This document shows, piece by piece, positions 38,837 to 47,649 of a DNA stretch of 64,000 bases; position 1 is the first letter of the stretch; every line of letters starts with the position of its first letter. The notes below the pieces were generated by a model that searched no databases, was not told where the DNA came from, and was given only the letters and a program-made list of their open reading frames with translations. The position numbers were made by a program, and so were the translations under genes. Source of the DNA: Anaeromyxobacteraceae bacterium (GTDB taxonomy: Bacteria; Myxococcota; Myxococcia; Myxococcales; Anaeromyxobacteraceae); contig JASGHJ010000002.1 of assembly GCA_047602405.1 (NCBI GenBank), positions 544,001 through 608,000 on the forward strand, in the 5' to 3' direction.

Positions 38837-38920
38837 CCGCGGGGGGAGCCGGGCCACCCGTCCCCCGCCCGCCTACCTCCGGACCCTCCCGCGCGCGGCC
38901 GGGAGGCCGCACGTTGAGTC

Positions 38921-39667
38921 GTGACGACCGCCAACGAAACCCCCTGGGAACGCTTTCTGCTCGCCTGCTGGGCCCTGTGGGCCGTCCTCACGCGGGACGA
39001 CGTCGCCGCAGCGGTCCGCAGGCTGCACGACCGCGGGGATGGCGCGGCGCCGGACGGGCGCCCGCCGCCGCCACCCGAGCCCCGCTGGTCGCAGCCCCCC
39101 ACGCCACCGCCTCCGCCGGCGTCGGCCACGATCCTCATGCCGCCGGAGCCGGAGACCGCGCCGACGCCCGCGCCCCCCATCGCGCCGCCGTCCCCGCCCC
39201 GCGAGCCGAGCCTCACGCCCATCGGGCCGATGCCCTTCGCGGACAAGCAGGCGGAGGGCCCGCGCGCCGTCGAGCTGCTCGCGCTGCTCCAGCGGGAGGG
39301 CCGGCTGCTGGACTTCGTCGAGGAGGACCTCGGCGGGGCGAGCGATTGGGCGATCGGCCAGGCGGCGCGCGAGGTGCACGCCGGCTGCCGCCGCGCCGTC
39401 GCGCGGGTCTTCGCGCTCGAGCCGGTGCTGCCGGGCGGGGAGGGCACCGAGGTGACGGTCGAGCGCGCGCTCGTCCCGGGGCTCGTCACGCTCCGCGGCG
39501 CCGCGCCCGGCGAGGCGCCGGTGCGCGGGCGGCTGCGCCACCACGGCTGGCGCGTGCGCGACGTGCTGCCCGCGCCGCGGCTCGCGGATCCGAGGGTGGT
39601 GCAGCCGGCGGAGGTGGAGGCGGCGGGTCCCGCGGCGGAGGCGGGGGAGCCGGCGTCGCCGGCCTAG
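38921..39667 (+). CDS. DUF2760-like protein with Pro-rich linker
   Basis: LLALLQREGRLLDFVEEDL, AREVHAGC, GRLRHHGW, PAEVE. Confidence 0.8.
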   Translation: MTTANETPWERFLLACWALWAVLTRDDVAAAVRRLHDRGDGAAPDGRPPPPPEPRWSQPPTPPPPPASATILMPPEPETAPTPAPPIAPPSPPREPSLTPIGPMPFADKQAEGPRAVELLALLQREGRLLDFVEEDLGGASDWAIGQAAREVHAGCRRAVARVFALEPVLPGGEGTEVTVERALVPGLVTLRGAAPGEAPVRGRLRHHGWRVRDVLPAPRLADPRVVQPAEVEAAGPAAEAGEPASPA

Positions 39668-40644
39668 AGCCGCCCGGTCCCGCGCCGCTTCCCCGCGAAG
39701 GTCGGCGGCACGGCCGACACGAGCGTGTCCCGCCGCACGCTCTGGCGTGGCGGCGCGACCGCGCCCAGGAGCTCCGGGCCCGCGTCCGAGAGCGCGTTCG
39801 CGAGCGCGGCGCGCATGGCGGCGGCGCTCGCGGGCCGGCGGTCGCGCTCGCGCTCGAGGGCGCTCGCGACGAGCTCGGCGAGGGCGCGCGGCACGCCGGG
39901 CCGGTGCTGCTCGAGCGGGGGCGCCGGCGCCTCGAGCTGCCGGGTCACCACCGCGATCGGCGTCGGCCCGTCGAAGGGCGGCACGCCGGCGAGCATCTCG
40001 AAGAGCATCACCCCGACCGCGTACAGGTCGGCCCGCCCGTCGACCGCCTCTCCGCGGAGCTGCTCCGGGCTCATGTACGCGGGGGTCCCGAAGACGACGC
40101 CGGTCTTCTCCCTCGTGTCGTCGGTCGCCAGCACCGAGATGCCGAAGTCGAGCACCTCGATCCGCTCGGGCGCGCCCTCGACCGGCACCACCATCACGTT
40201 CGCGGGCTTGAGGTCGCGGTGGACGATGCCGGCGCCGTGCGCCTCGACGAGCACGCGCAGGAGCTGGTCCGCGATGTTCGCGGCCCGCGCCGGCGTGAAG
40301 GGCCCGTCCTCGTCGAGCGCGCGGGAGAGGTCGCGGCCGGCCACGAGCTCCATGGCGATCCAGCCGAGCCCGTCCGGCGTGTGTCCGGACGCGAAGATCT
40401 CGATGCAGGAGAGGTCCTTGATCTGGCGGGCGGCGAAGACCTCGCGCTCGATGCGCTCGAGCGCGTCCGGATCGACCGACTCCTGATCGAAGAGCTTCAC
40501 CGCGACCGCCCGGCCCGTCCCGAGCTCCTCGGCCCGGTACACCGTCCCCGCGCCGCCCTGGCCGAGCCGCTGGACGAGCCGGTAGCGCTCGGCGACCGTC
40601 GTCCCGGCCCGATCGTCCGGGGGCGCGTCGGCGGGTGGGGACAT
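39664..40644 (-). CDS. Hanks-type Ser/Thr protein kinase (kinase domain only)
   Basis: LGQGGAGTVY, VAVK, HRDLKPAN, DFG, GTPAYMSPEQ. Confidence 0.93.
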   Translation of the reverse strand: MSPPADAPPDDRAGTTVAERYRLVQRLGQGGAGTVYRAEELGTGRAVAVKLFDQESVDPDALERIEREVFAARQIKDLSCIEIFASGHTPDGLGWIAMELVAGRDLSRALDEDGPFTPARAANIADQLLRVLVEAHGAGIVHRDLKPANVMVVPVEGAPERIEVLDFGISVLATDDTREKTGVVFGTPAYMSPEQLRGEAVDGRADLYAVGVMLFEMLAGVPPFDGPTPIAVVTRQLEAPAPPLEQHRPGVPRALAELVASALERERDRRPASAAAMRAALANALSDAGPELLGAVAPPRQSVRRDTLVSAVPPTFAGKRRGTGRL

Positions 40645-40672
40645 GGAGCGGTCATCCTAGTAGCCTCGCCCC

Positions 40673-41437
40673 ATGCCCGTCCACGACGCCGCGCGCGGGT
40701 TCGACACCGCGGCCGACGCGTACGTCCGGGGCCGCCCGGAGTACCCCCCGGCGGCCCTCGCCTGGGTGTCGCGCGGACTCTCGCTCGGGCCCGGCCGTCG
40801 CATCCTCGACCTCGGCGCCGGCACCGGGAAGCTCTCGGCGGCGCTCGCCGCGACCGGCGCGGAGGTCCTGGCCCTCGAGCCGAGCGCGGGCATGCTCGCG
40901 AAGGCCCGCGCGCCCCGGCTCCGCGGCCTGCGCGCGCTCGCCGAGGCCCTCCCGCTGCGCGACGCCTCGCTGGACGGGGCCACCGCCGGCACGGCGTTCC
41001 ACTGGTTCGACGGGGACCGCGCGGTGCCGGAGCTCCGGCGCGCGCTCCGGCCCGGCGGGCGCGCGGCGCTCCTGTGGAACCTGCGCGACGTCGAGGTGCC
41101 CTGGATCGCCGCGCTCGGCGCGATCGTGAACCGCGGCGAGGCCGGCGTGCCGCGGTACCGCCACGGCCTCTGGCGCCGGGCCCTGCTCACGGCGCCCGGC
41201 GGGTTCCGGCTCGTCGAGGAGGCCGTGTTCCGGCACGTGCACCACCTGTCGCTCGACCAGCTCGTCGATCGCGTGACCTCGGTGAGCTTCGTGGCCGCCG
41301 CCGCGCCGGCCGCGCGGGCGGCGGTGCTCGACGAGGTGCGGGCGCTCGTCGCGGCGCACCCCGACACGCGCGGGCGCGACGTCCTGCCGCTCGCCTACCG
41401 GACGGACGCCTTCCTCTTCGAGCGGCTGCCGGGCTGA
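40673..41437 (+). CDS. Class I SAM-dependent methyltransferase
   Basis: RPEYP, LDLGAGTG, AFHWFD, LRPGG. Confidence 0.9.
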   Translation: MPVHDAARGFDTAADAYVRGRPEYPPAALAWVSRGLSLGPGRRILDLGAGTGKLSAALAATGAEVLALEPSAGMLAKARAPRLRGLRALAEALPLRDASLDGATAGTAFHWFDGDRAVPELRRALRPGGRAALLWNLRDVEVPWIAALGAIVNRGEAGVPRYRHGLWRRALLTAPGGFRLVEEAVFRHVHHLSLDQLVDRVTSVSFVAAAAPAARAAVLDEVRALVAAHPDTRGRDVLPLAYRTDAFLFERLPG

Positions 41438-41449
41438 TAGAGTGCTCCC

Positions 41450-41590
41450 GTGATCCGGATCTCCTGGGGGCTCGCGCTCCTCGCCGCCGTCGTCATCGCG
41501 CTCGTCGCGCGCAGCCCGCGCCTCCTCGTGCCGATGGGCATCGTCTTCCTCGTCTGGTACTTCGTCGAGACCTCGCGGCGCCGGAAGTAG
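41450..41590 (+). CDS. 46-aa two-TM small protein (absent from the ORF track)
   Basis: MIRISWGLALLAAVVIALVARSPRLLVPMGIVFLVWYFVETSRRRK; TAGAGT 6 nt before the GTG. Confidence 0.6.
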   Translation: MIRISWGLALLAAVVIALVARSPRLLVPMGIVFLVWYFVETSRRRK

Positions 41591-41655
41591 CGCCCTCGGA
41601 CGGCGGCGGCCTCGCCCGGCTGGCGGAGGCACGGCCAGTCCAGCTCGCCGCGCGG

Positions 41656-42426
41656 GTGGGCTTCCTCGCGAAGACCGTCCTCTACGGCCTCGTGGCGGAG
41701 GCGGCCGTGCGCGCGGCCCACCGGAGCCCACAGGCCGCCACCGACCCGAAGGGCGCGCTCTTCTCGCTCGCGCGCAGCGAGCACGGCGACCTCGCGGCCG
41801 GCATCGTCGCCGCGGCGATCGGCGCGCTCGGCCTCTGGTTCGTGCTCGAGGCCGTCGTGAACCCGTTCCGCACGCCGGGCACGGCGCTCGGCGTCGTGTC
41901 GCGCGCGGGCCAGGCGCTCGGCGGGCTCGGCTACGTGGCGCTGGCGCTCGCGGGGTTCCACTTCGCCTCCGGCGGCGGGGAGGGCCCGAGCGGCGACGCG
42001 CTCGCCCGCGCCTTCGTGGCCCGCGGGCTCGCCCACCCGGAGGGAGACCTCGGGGTGGCGGCCGTCGGCGTGGCGGCGGCCGTGGTCGGCGTCCGGCAGA
42101 TGCTGATGGGCCTCTCCGGCACGTGCCTCGAGGCGCTCGAGCTCTCCGGCCGCCCCGTCGCGTTCCGCGGCCTGGCGCGGGCCCTCGCCGCGGCCGGCTT
42201 CGGCACGCAGGGCGCGCTCTTCACGCTCGTGGGCGCGCGCTTCACGCAGGCGGCCTGGTACCACCGGCCGGCGGCCGCCGCGGGCACGGCGGGCGCGCTG
42301 GAGCTCGTCGCCCGCACGGTCCTCGAGCCCCGGGTCCTCCTCGTGGCGGCCGCGGGGCTCACCGCCTACGCGCTCTACGCGGGCGTCGAGGGGGCGTGCC
42401 GGCGCTTTCCCCCGTGCGCAACCTGA
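41656..42426 (+). CDS. DUF1206-like membrane protein (start uncertain)
   Basis: Threefold repeat pattern ARVGFLAKTVLY / AAAGFGTQGALF; DPKGAL; AAGLTAYALY. Confidence 0.65.
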   Translation: MGFLAKTVLYGLVAEAAVRAAHRSPQAATDPKGALFSLARSEHGDLAAGIVAAAIGALGLWFVLEAVVNPFRTPGTALGVVSRAGQALGGLGYVALALAGFHFASGGGEGPSGDALARAFVARGLAHPEGDLGVAAVGVAAAVVGVRQMLMGLSGTCLEALELSGRPVAFRGLARALAAAGFGTQGALFTLVGARFTQAAWYHRPAAAAGTAGALELVARTVLEPRVLLVAAAGLTAYALYAGVEGACRRFPPCAT

Positions 42427-42430
42427 CGGG

Positions 42431-43408
42431 GTGCGGCTGCCGGGCGCGGGGATGTCGTGGAGGGAGTTCCTCTCCGGGGTGAAGGGGGAGATCACCCGCG
42501 ACAACGTCACCGACATCGCGGCGACGGTCACCTACTACGGCGTGCTCGCGCTCTTCCCGTTCCTGCTCTTCCTCGTGGCGCTCGTCTCGGTCGTCATCAC
42601 GCCGCAGGATGCCGAGCAGCTCGTCCAGCAGCTCGCCCAGGTGGCGCCGCCGGCGGTGACCCAGATCGTCGGGGACCGGATCCGCGACCTCGGCGCCCAG
42701 CAGAACGTGACGCTCCTCGGCTTCGGCGCGCTCGGCGCCATCTGGGCGGCCTCCGGCGGCGTCATGGCGCTGATGCGGGCGCTCAACGTCGCCTACGACG
42801 TGAAGGAGGGCCGGCCCTGGTGGAAGGTCCGGCTCATCGCGCTCGGCATGACGGTGGGCGCCGGCGCGGTCGCGCTCGCGGCGGCGCTCGTCGCCATCGC
42901 CGCGGCGCCGATCGCCGACGCGGTCGGGGGCACGCTGGGCGCGGCGATCGGCTGGCTGCGCCTCCCGGTGGCGGGCGTCCTCATGATGCTCCTGTGGGCG
43001 GTCACCTACTACCTGCTCCCGGACGTGGAGCAGGACTTCAAGTTCATCACGCCCGGCTCGGTGATCGGCGTCGTGGTCTGGGTGGCCGCGAGCTGGGGCT
43101 TCTCGAAGTACGTGGTCCACTTCGGCTCGTACGACAAGACGTACGGCTCGCTCGCCGGGATCATCGTGCTGCTCCTCTGGATGTGGCTCTCGACCCTCGT
43201 GCTCCTCGTCGGCGCGGAGGTGAACGCGTTCATCGAGCACCGCTCCGAGGAGGGCAAGCGCGAGGGCGCGAAGTCGATGGCGGACACGGGCACCACCCCC
43301 GTGACCGGGAGGGACCGTGCGGCGGCCCCGAGACCACGCGCGGGCCTCCTCACCCTCGGCGCCTTCGTGGCCGGGATCCTGGTGGCGAGGCGGAAGGCGC
43401 CCGCCTAA
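42431..43408 (+). CDS. YihY/virulence factor BrkB family membrane protein
   Basis: AATVTYYGVLALFP, ALNVAY, YDKTYGSLAGII, GAEVNA. Confidence 0.92.
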   Translation: MRLPGAGMSWREFLSGVKGEITRDNVTDIAATVTYYGVLALFPFLLFLVALVSVVITPQDAEQLVQQLAQVAPPAVTQIVGDRIRDLGAQQNVTLLGFGALGAIWAASGGVMALMRALNVAYDVKEGRPWWKVRLIALGMTVGAGAVALAAALVAIAAAPIADAVGGTLGAAIGWLRLPVAGVLMMLLWAVTYYLLPDVEQDFKFITPGSVIGVVVWVAASWGFSKYVVHFGSYDKTYGSLAGIIVLLLWMWLSTLVLLVGAEVNAFIEHRSEEGKREGAKSMADTGTTPVTGRDRAAAPRPRAGLLTLGAFVAGILVARRKAPA

Positions 43409-43418
43409 GCTCCGCGGC

Positions 43419-44399
43419 ATGCGGAAGAAGCCCCGCCTCGGCATCTCGTCCTGCCTGCTCGGCAACAACGTCCGGTACGACAGCGGCCACAAGAAGGACG
43501 ACTTCCTCGTCGAGACGCTCGGCGACTTCGTGGAGTGGGTGCCGGTGTGCCCCGAGGTCGAGGTGGGCATGGGCGTCCCCCGCGAACCGATCAGGCTCGT
43601 CGGCGACCCCGCGGCCCCGCGGCTCGTCGCCGACCGGAGCGGCAAGGACCACACCGAGGCGATGCGCGCCTGGGCCGAGGAGCGCCTCGAGAAGCTCGCC
43701 GCGCTCGACCTCGTCGGCTACGTGACGAAGAAGGACTCGCCGTCCTGTGGCCTCGCGCGGGTGCGGGTCTGGTCCGGCAAGAAGGCTCCCGCTCCCGGAG
43801 CGGGCTCCGGTCCTCCGCGCCGCGAGGGCGTCGGCGCCTTCGTGGCGGTGCTCCAGGAGAAGCTGCCGCTCCTGCCGATCGAGGAGGAGGGCCGGCTCCA
43901 CGACCCGTGGCTCCGCGAGAGCTTCGTCGAGCGCATCTTCGCGTACCACCGGTTCAAGGAGGCCCGCGAGGCCGGCATGGACCGCGGCGGGCTCGTCGCC
44001 TTCCACACGCGGCACAAGCTCGCGCTCCTCGCCCACAGCCCCGACGCGTACCGGAAGCTCGGCCGCCTCGTCGCGGGCCTCGCGAAGGGCCAGAAGCTCG
44101 ACCCCGTGCTCGACGCCTACGGCGCGGGCTTCCTCACCGGGCTCGCCGTGCGCGCGTCGCGCGGCAAGCACGTGAACGTGCTCCAGCACATGGCGGGCTA
44201 CTTCAAGGACGTGCTCCCGCCCGCGGAGCGCAAGGAGCTCGAGGGCCTGGTCGCCGACTACGGTCGCGGCCTCGTGCCGCTCGTCGTGCCGCAGACGCTG
44301 CTCCGCCACCACGTGCGCAAGCACGGCGTGGCCTACCTCGCCGACCAGACCTACCTCGACCCGGATCCGAAGGAGCTCATGATCCGGAACCACGTCTGA
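43419..44399 (+). CDS. ybgA: YbgA family (DUF523 2-thiouracil desulfurase-like plus DUF1722)
   Basis: GISSCLLGNNVRYD, CPEVEVGMGVPR, SPSCG, EEEGRL, NVLQHMAGYF. Confidence 0.9.
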   Translation: MRKKPRLGISSCLLGNNVRYDSGHKKDDFLVETLGDFVEWVPVCPEVEVGMGVPREPIRLVGDPAAPRLVADRSGKDHTEAMRAWAEERLEKLAALDLVGYVTKKDSPSCGLARVRVWSGKKAPAPGAGSGPPRREGVGAFVAVLQEKLPLLPIEEEGRLHDPWLRESFVERIFAYHRFKEAREAGMDRGGLVAFHTRHKLALLAHSPDAYRKLGRLVAGLAKGQKLDPVLDAYGAGFLTGLAVRASRGKHVNVLQHMAGYFKDVLPPAERKELEGLVADYGRGLVPLVVPQTLLRHHVRKHGVAYLADQTYLDPDPKELMIRNHV

Positions 44400-44406
44400 G
44401 CCCCGC

Positions 44407-45894
44407 GTGACGGTCCCCGCCCAGCGCATCCGCGCGCTCAACGCGGCGCCGGTCCGGCGCGACGGCGCCTACGTCCTCCACTGGATGACCTCCGCGCGCC
44501 GCGCGCGCTTCAACCCCGCGCTCGAGCGCGCCGCGGAGCTCGCGCGCGGGCTCGACCGGCCGCTCGTCGTGCTCGAGGCGCTCCGCATCGGCTACCCGCA
44601 CGCCTCCGACCGGCTCCACGCCTTCGTGCTGCAGGGCATGGCCGACAACGCGCGGCGGCTCGAGGGGAAGGCGACCTACCACCCCTACGTCGAGCGCGCG
44701 GCGGGGGAGGGGAAGGGGCTCCTCGAGGCGCTCTCCGCGAAGGCGTGCGTCGTGGTGGGCGACGACTTCCCGACCTTCTTCCTGCCCCGCATGCTGGAAG
44801 CCGCCGGGAGGCGGCTCGGCGAGCTCGGCGTGCGTCTCGAGGCGGTCGACGCCTCCTGCATCGTCCCGTTCCGGCTCGCCGGGAAGGACTTCCCGACCGC
44901 GTACGCCTACCGGCGCTTCCTCCAGAAGCACCTCGTCGAGTGGCTGGAGAAGCTGCCCGTCGAGAACCCGCTCCGGAGGCTCCCCGCGCCCGTCGCGCTC
45001 CCGCGCGAGGTGCTCCGGCGCTGGCCCGCGGCGACGCTCGAGGCGCTCGACCGGCCCGGGCCGCTCGTGTCGGGCCTCGCGATCGACCACGCGGTCGCCG
45101 CCGTGGAGGAGCGCGGCGGCGCGGCCGCGGCGGAGGCGCGGCTGCGCGGCTGGCTCGAGGGCGGCCTGCCGCGCTACGAGACCGACCGGAACGAGCCGGA
45201 CGCGGAGGGCGTGACGAGCGGCCTCTCGCCGTACCTGCACTTCGGGCACCTCGGGAGCTTCGAGGTGGTCTCGACGCTGCTCCGGCGCGAGAAGTGGATC
45301 CCGCCCGAGCACGGCAGGGCCGACGGCGCGCGCGCCGGCTGGTGGGGCCTCCCGGCGCACGTCGAGGGCTTCCTCGATCAGCTCGTGACCTGGCGCGAGC
45401 TCGGGCACGTCACCTCGGCGCACCGTCCCGACCACCAGGCGTACGGCTCGCTCCCGGAGTGGGCGCAGGCGACGCTCGCGAAGCACGCCCGCGACGAGCG
45501 GGAGCACGTGTACGACCTCGCGGCGCTCGAGGGGGCGCGCACCGCCGATCCCCTCTGGAACGCGGCCCAGCGCCAGCTCGTGCGCGAGGGACGGATGCAC
45601 AACTACCTGCGCATGCTCTGGGGGAAGAAGATCCTCGAGTGGTCGCGCTCGCCGGAGGAGGCGCTCCGGGCGATGGTCCGGCTCAACGACCGCTGGGCGC
45701 TCGACGGCCGGGATCCGAACTCATACTCCGGGATCTTCTGGTGCCTGGGGCGCTACGATCGGCCGTGGGGCCCGGAGCGCCCGGTGTTCGGGACCATCCG
45801 CTACATGTCCTCGCAGAACACCGCGCGGAAGGTCGGCGTGAAGCGGTACCTCGCGCGCTTCGGCGAGGGCGGAGCACAGGGGCGGCTGCTGTAG
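44407..45894 (+). CDS. phrB: Deoxyribodipyrimidine photolyase, class II CPD-like
   Basis: SGLSPYLHFG, MHNYLRMLWGKKILEW, LDGRDPNSY, DRPW..RPVFGTIRYM. Confidence 0.9.
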   Translation: MTVPAQRIRALNAAPVRRDGAYVLHWMTSARRARFNPALERAAELARGLDRPLVVLEALRIGYPHASDRLHAFVLQGMADNARRLEGKATYHPYVERAAGEGKGLLEALSAKACVVVGDDFPTFFLPRMLEAAGRRLGELGVRLEAVDASCIVPFRLAGKDFPTAYAYRRFLQKHLVEWLEKLPVENPLRRLPAPVALPREVLRRWPAATLEALDRPGPLVSGLAIDHAVAAVEERGGAAAAEARLRGWLEGGLPRYETDRNEPDAEGVTSGLSPYLHFGHLGSFEVVSTLLRREKWIPPEHGRADGARAGWWGLPAHVEGFLDQLVTWRELGHVTSAHRPDHQAYGSLPEWAQATLAKHARDEREHVYDLAALEGARTADPLWNAAQRQLVREGRMHNYLRMLWGKKILEWSRSPEEALRAMVRLNDRWALDGRDPNSYSGIFWCLGRYDRPWGPERPVFGTIRYMSSQNTARKVGVKRYLARFGEGGAQGRLL

Positions 45895-46007
45895 GCGGGC
45901 GCGCGCCGCCGCGAAGGAGTGGGTCGGTGGAGCCCCGGAACTCCGCCTGCCCGACGAGGTTCGTGGGATGGTCTTCACAGCGCGTGAGCCCGTAACATCC
46001 GCGGTCC

Positions 46008-46487
46008 ATGCGCTCCCCGAGTCCGCTCCTCCTCGCCGCCGCCCTCCTCTCCTTCTCGAGCGCCCGGGCCGACGAGCCCGCCCGCGTCGTGAAGGCCGAC
46101 GCCGCGCACGATCAGCTCTCGCGCAAGGAGGGCGAGGGGTCAAAGCCGTTCTACCGCCTCTCCGCCGGTGCCGCGTTCGACCTCGACGTCTCATCGCTGC
46201 CCGTCGCGGTCCCGCGGGAGCTCGCGCAGGCCGGTGTGAAGGGCCCGAACTCGGTGCAGGTCGTGTTCTCCGGCGGCGCCGGCGACTTCTCGCTCGACTG
46301 GCGGCCGGGCACCTCGCGCCTGCGCGTCTCCGGCGAGTCCCTGAAGACGAACCCCGGCTCGCCCCGCTTCGAAACCTTCAGGTCCGGCCAGAGCGTCGTC
46401 GTGGCCATCGGCCATCTCGCGCCGAGGACCGGCAGCCAGGGGCCCGTGTTCACGCCGATGTGGGTCGGGATGATCCAGGTCGACTGA
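46008..46487 (+). CDS. Hypothetical secreted protein
   Basis: Signal peptide ending ARA; beta-rich mature part. Confidence 0.65.
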   Translation: MRSPSPLLLAAALLSFSSARADEPARVVKADAAHDQLSRKEGEGSKPFYRLSAGAAFDLDVSSLPVAVPRELAQAGVKGPNSVQVVFSGGAGDFSLDWRPGTSRLRVSGESLKTNPGSPRFETFRSGQSVVVAIGHLAPRTGSQGPVFTPMWVGMIQVD

Positions 46488-46616
46488 GCGGGACCTCGTC
46501 CGCGTCGGCCGGCAGCGTCGTCTCGGTGCGGGCTTCGCCCCGCCGCCGACGTGATCGATCCTCTCGCGCCCCTCCGGGGCGTGCGCAGGGTGCGGCCCGG
46601 CGCCATGTTGCACGAC

Positions 46617-47588
46617 ATGGCCGACGGCGCGGTGCTCGTGACCGGTGCGACGGGGTTCGTGGGCTCGGCCCTCGTGCCCGCGCTCCTGGCGAGAGGCCGC
46701 CGCGTGCGCGCGACGACGCGCGCGCTCCGGCCCGGGCTCGACCCGCGCCTGGAGTGGGTGGAGGCCGATCTCGCGCGCCCTGAGGGGCTCGCCCGGGCGC
46801 TCGGCGGCGTGGAGGCCGCGTTCTTCCTCGTGCACGGCATGGCGAGCGGCCGGCCGGACTACGCCCGCGAGGAGCGGCAGACCGCGCTCGCCTTCGCGCG
46901 CGAGGCGGGCAGGGCCGGCGTCCGGCGCGTCGTCTACCTCGGCGGCGTCGAGCCCGAGGGGGCGCCGTCGCGCCACCTCGCGAGCCGCCTGGAGGTCGGC
47001 GAGGCGCTGCGGGCCGGCCCGGTGCCCACGCTCGAGCTCCGGGCCGCGATGATCGTCGGCGCGCGGAGCGCGTCCTGGCGCATCGTGCGCGACCTCGCGC
47101 TGCGCCTGCCCGCGATGGTGCTGCCCGCGTGGTCGCGGACGCGCTCCTGCCCGATCGCCGTCGACGACGTCGTCGCCGCGCTCGGCGCGGCGCTCGAGGT
47201 GCCGGCGGCCGGGAGCGAGGTCTTCGACGTCCCGGGCCCGGAGACGCTCTCGGTCGCCGAGATCCTCGGCCGCGTGACCGCGCAGCGCGGCCGGGCCTTC
47301 CGCGCCGTCCGCGCGCCGCTCCCGGCGCCCGAGGTCTCCTCGCTGTGGCTGAAGCTCGTGTCCGACGCCGACTGGACCGTGGTCCGCGAGCTCGTGCTCG
47401 GCCTCGAGTCGGACCTGTTGCCGCGCGACGACCGCTACTGGAGCCTCGCCGGCCTTCCGCCACGCCTGTCCTTCGACGACGCGGCGCGCCGGGCCCTCGC
47501 CGACGACCCGCCGCCCTCCGGCCTGCGCGGCGCCGTCATGGCGCTCGAGGAGTCGCTCGTGGGGCTGCTGGGGGCGGCCAAACGTTGA
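46617..47588 (+). CDS. NAD(P)H-binding atypical SDR (YbjT-like)
   Basis: LVTGATGFVG, FFLVHGM, HLASRLEVG, LRAAMIVG. Confidence 0.85.
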   Translation: MADGAVLVTGATGFVGSALVPALLARGRRVRATTRALRPGLDPRLEWVEADLARPEGLARALGGVEAAFFLVHGMASGRPDYAREERQTALAFAREAGRAGVRRVVYLGGVEPEGAPSRHLASRLEVGEALRAGPVPTLELRAAMIVGARSASWRIVRDLALRLPAMVLPAWSRTRSCPIAVDDVVAALGAALEVPAAGSEVFDVPGPETLSVAEILGRVTAQRGRAFRAVRAPLPAPEVSSLWLKLVSDADWTVVRELVLGLESDLLPRDDRYWSLAGLPPRLSFDDAARRALADDPPPSGLRGAVMALEESLVGLLGAAKR

Positions 47589-47649
47589 ACGGAGGCTCCC
47601 CCCGTTCGCCCCCCGCAGGGCCGCGAGCGGCCCGAAGACGAGGGGCGCA

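Noticed and set aside
45895..46007. Intergenic stretch after the photolyase considered as a riboswitch or ncRNA
   Set aside because: Only short stems and no recognisable family consensus.
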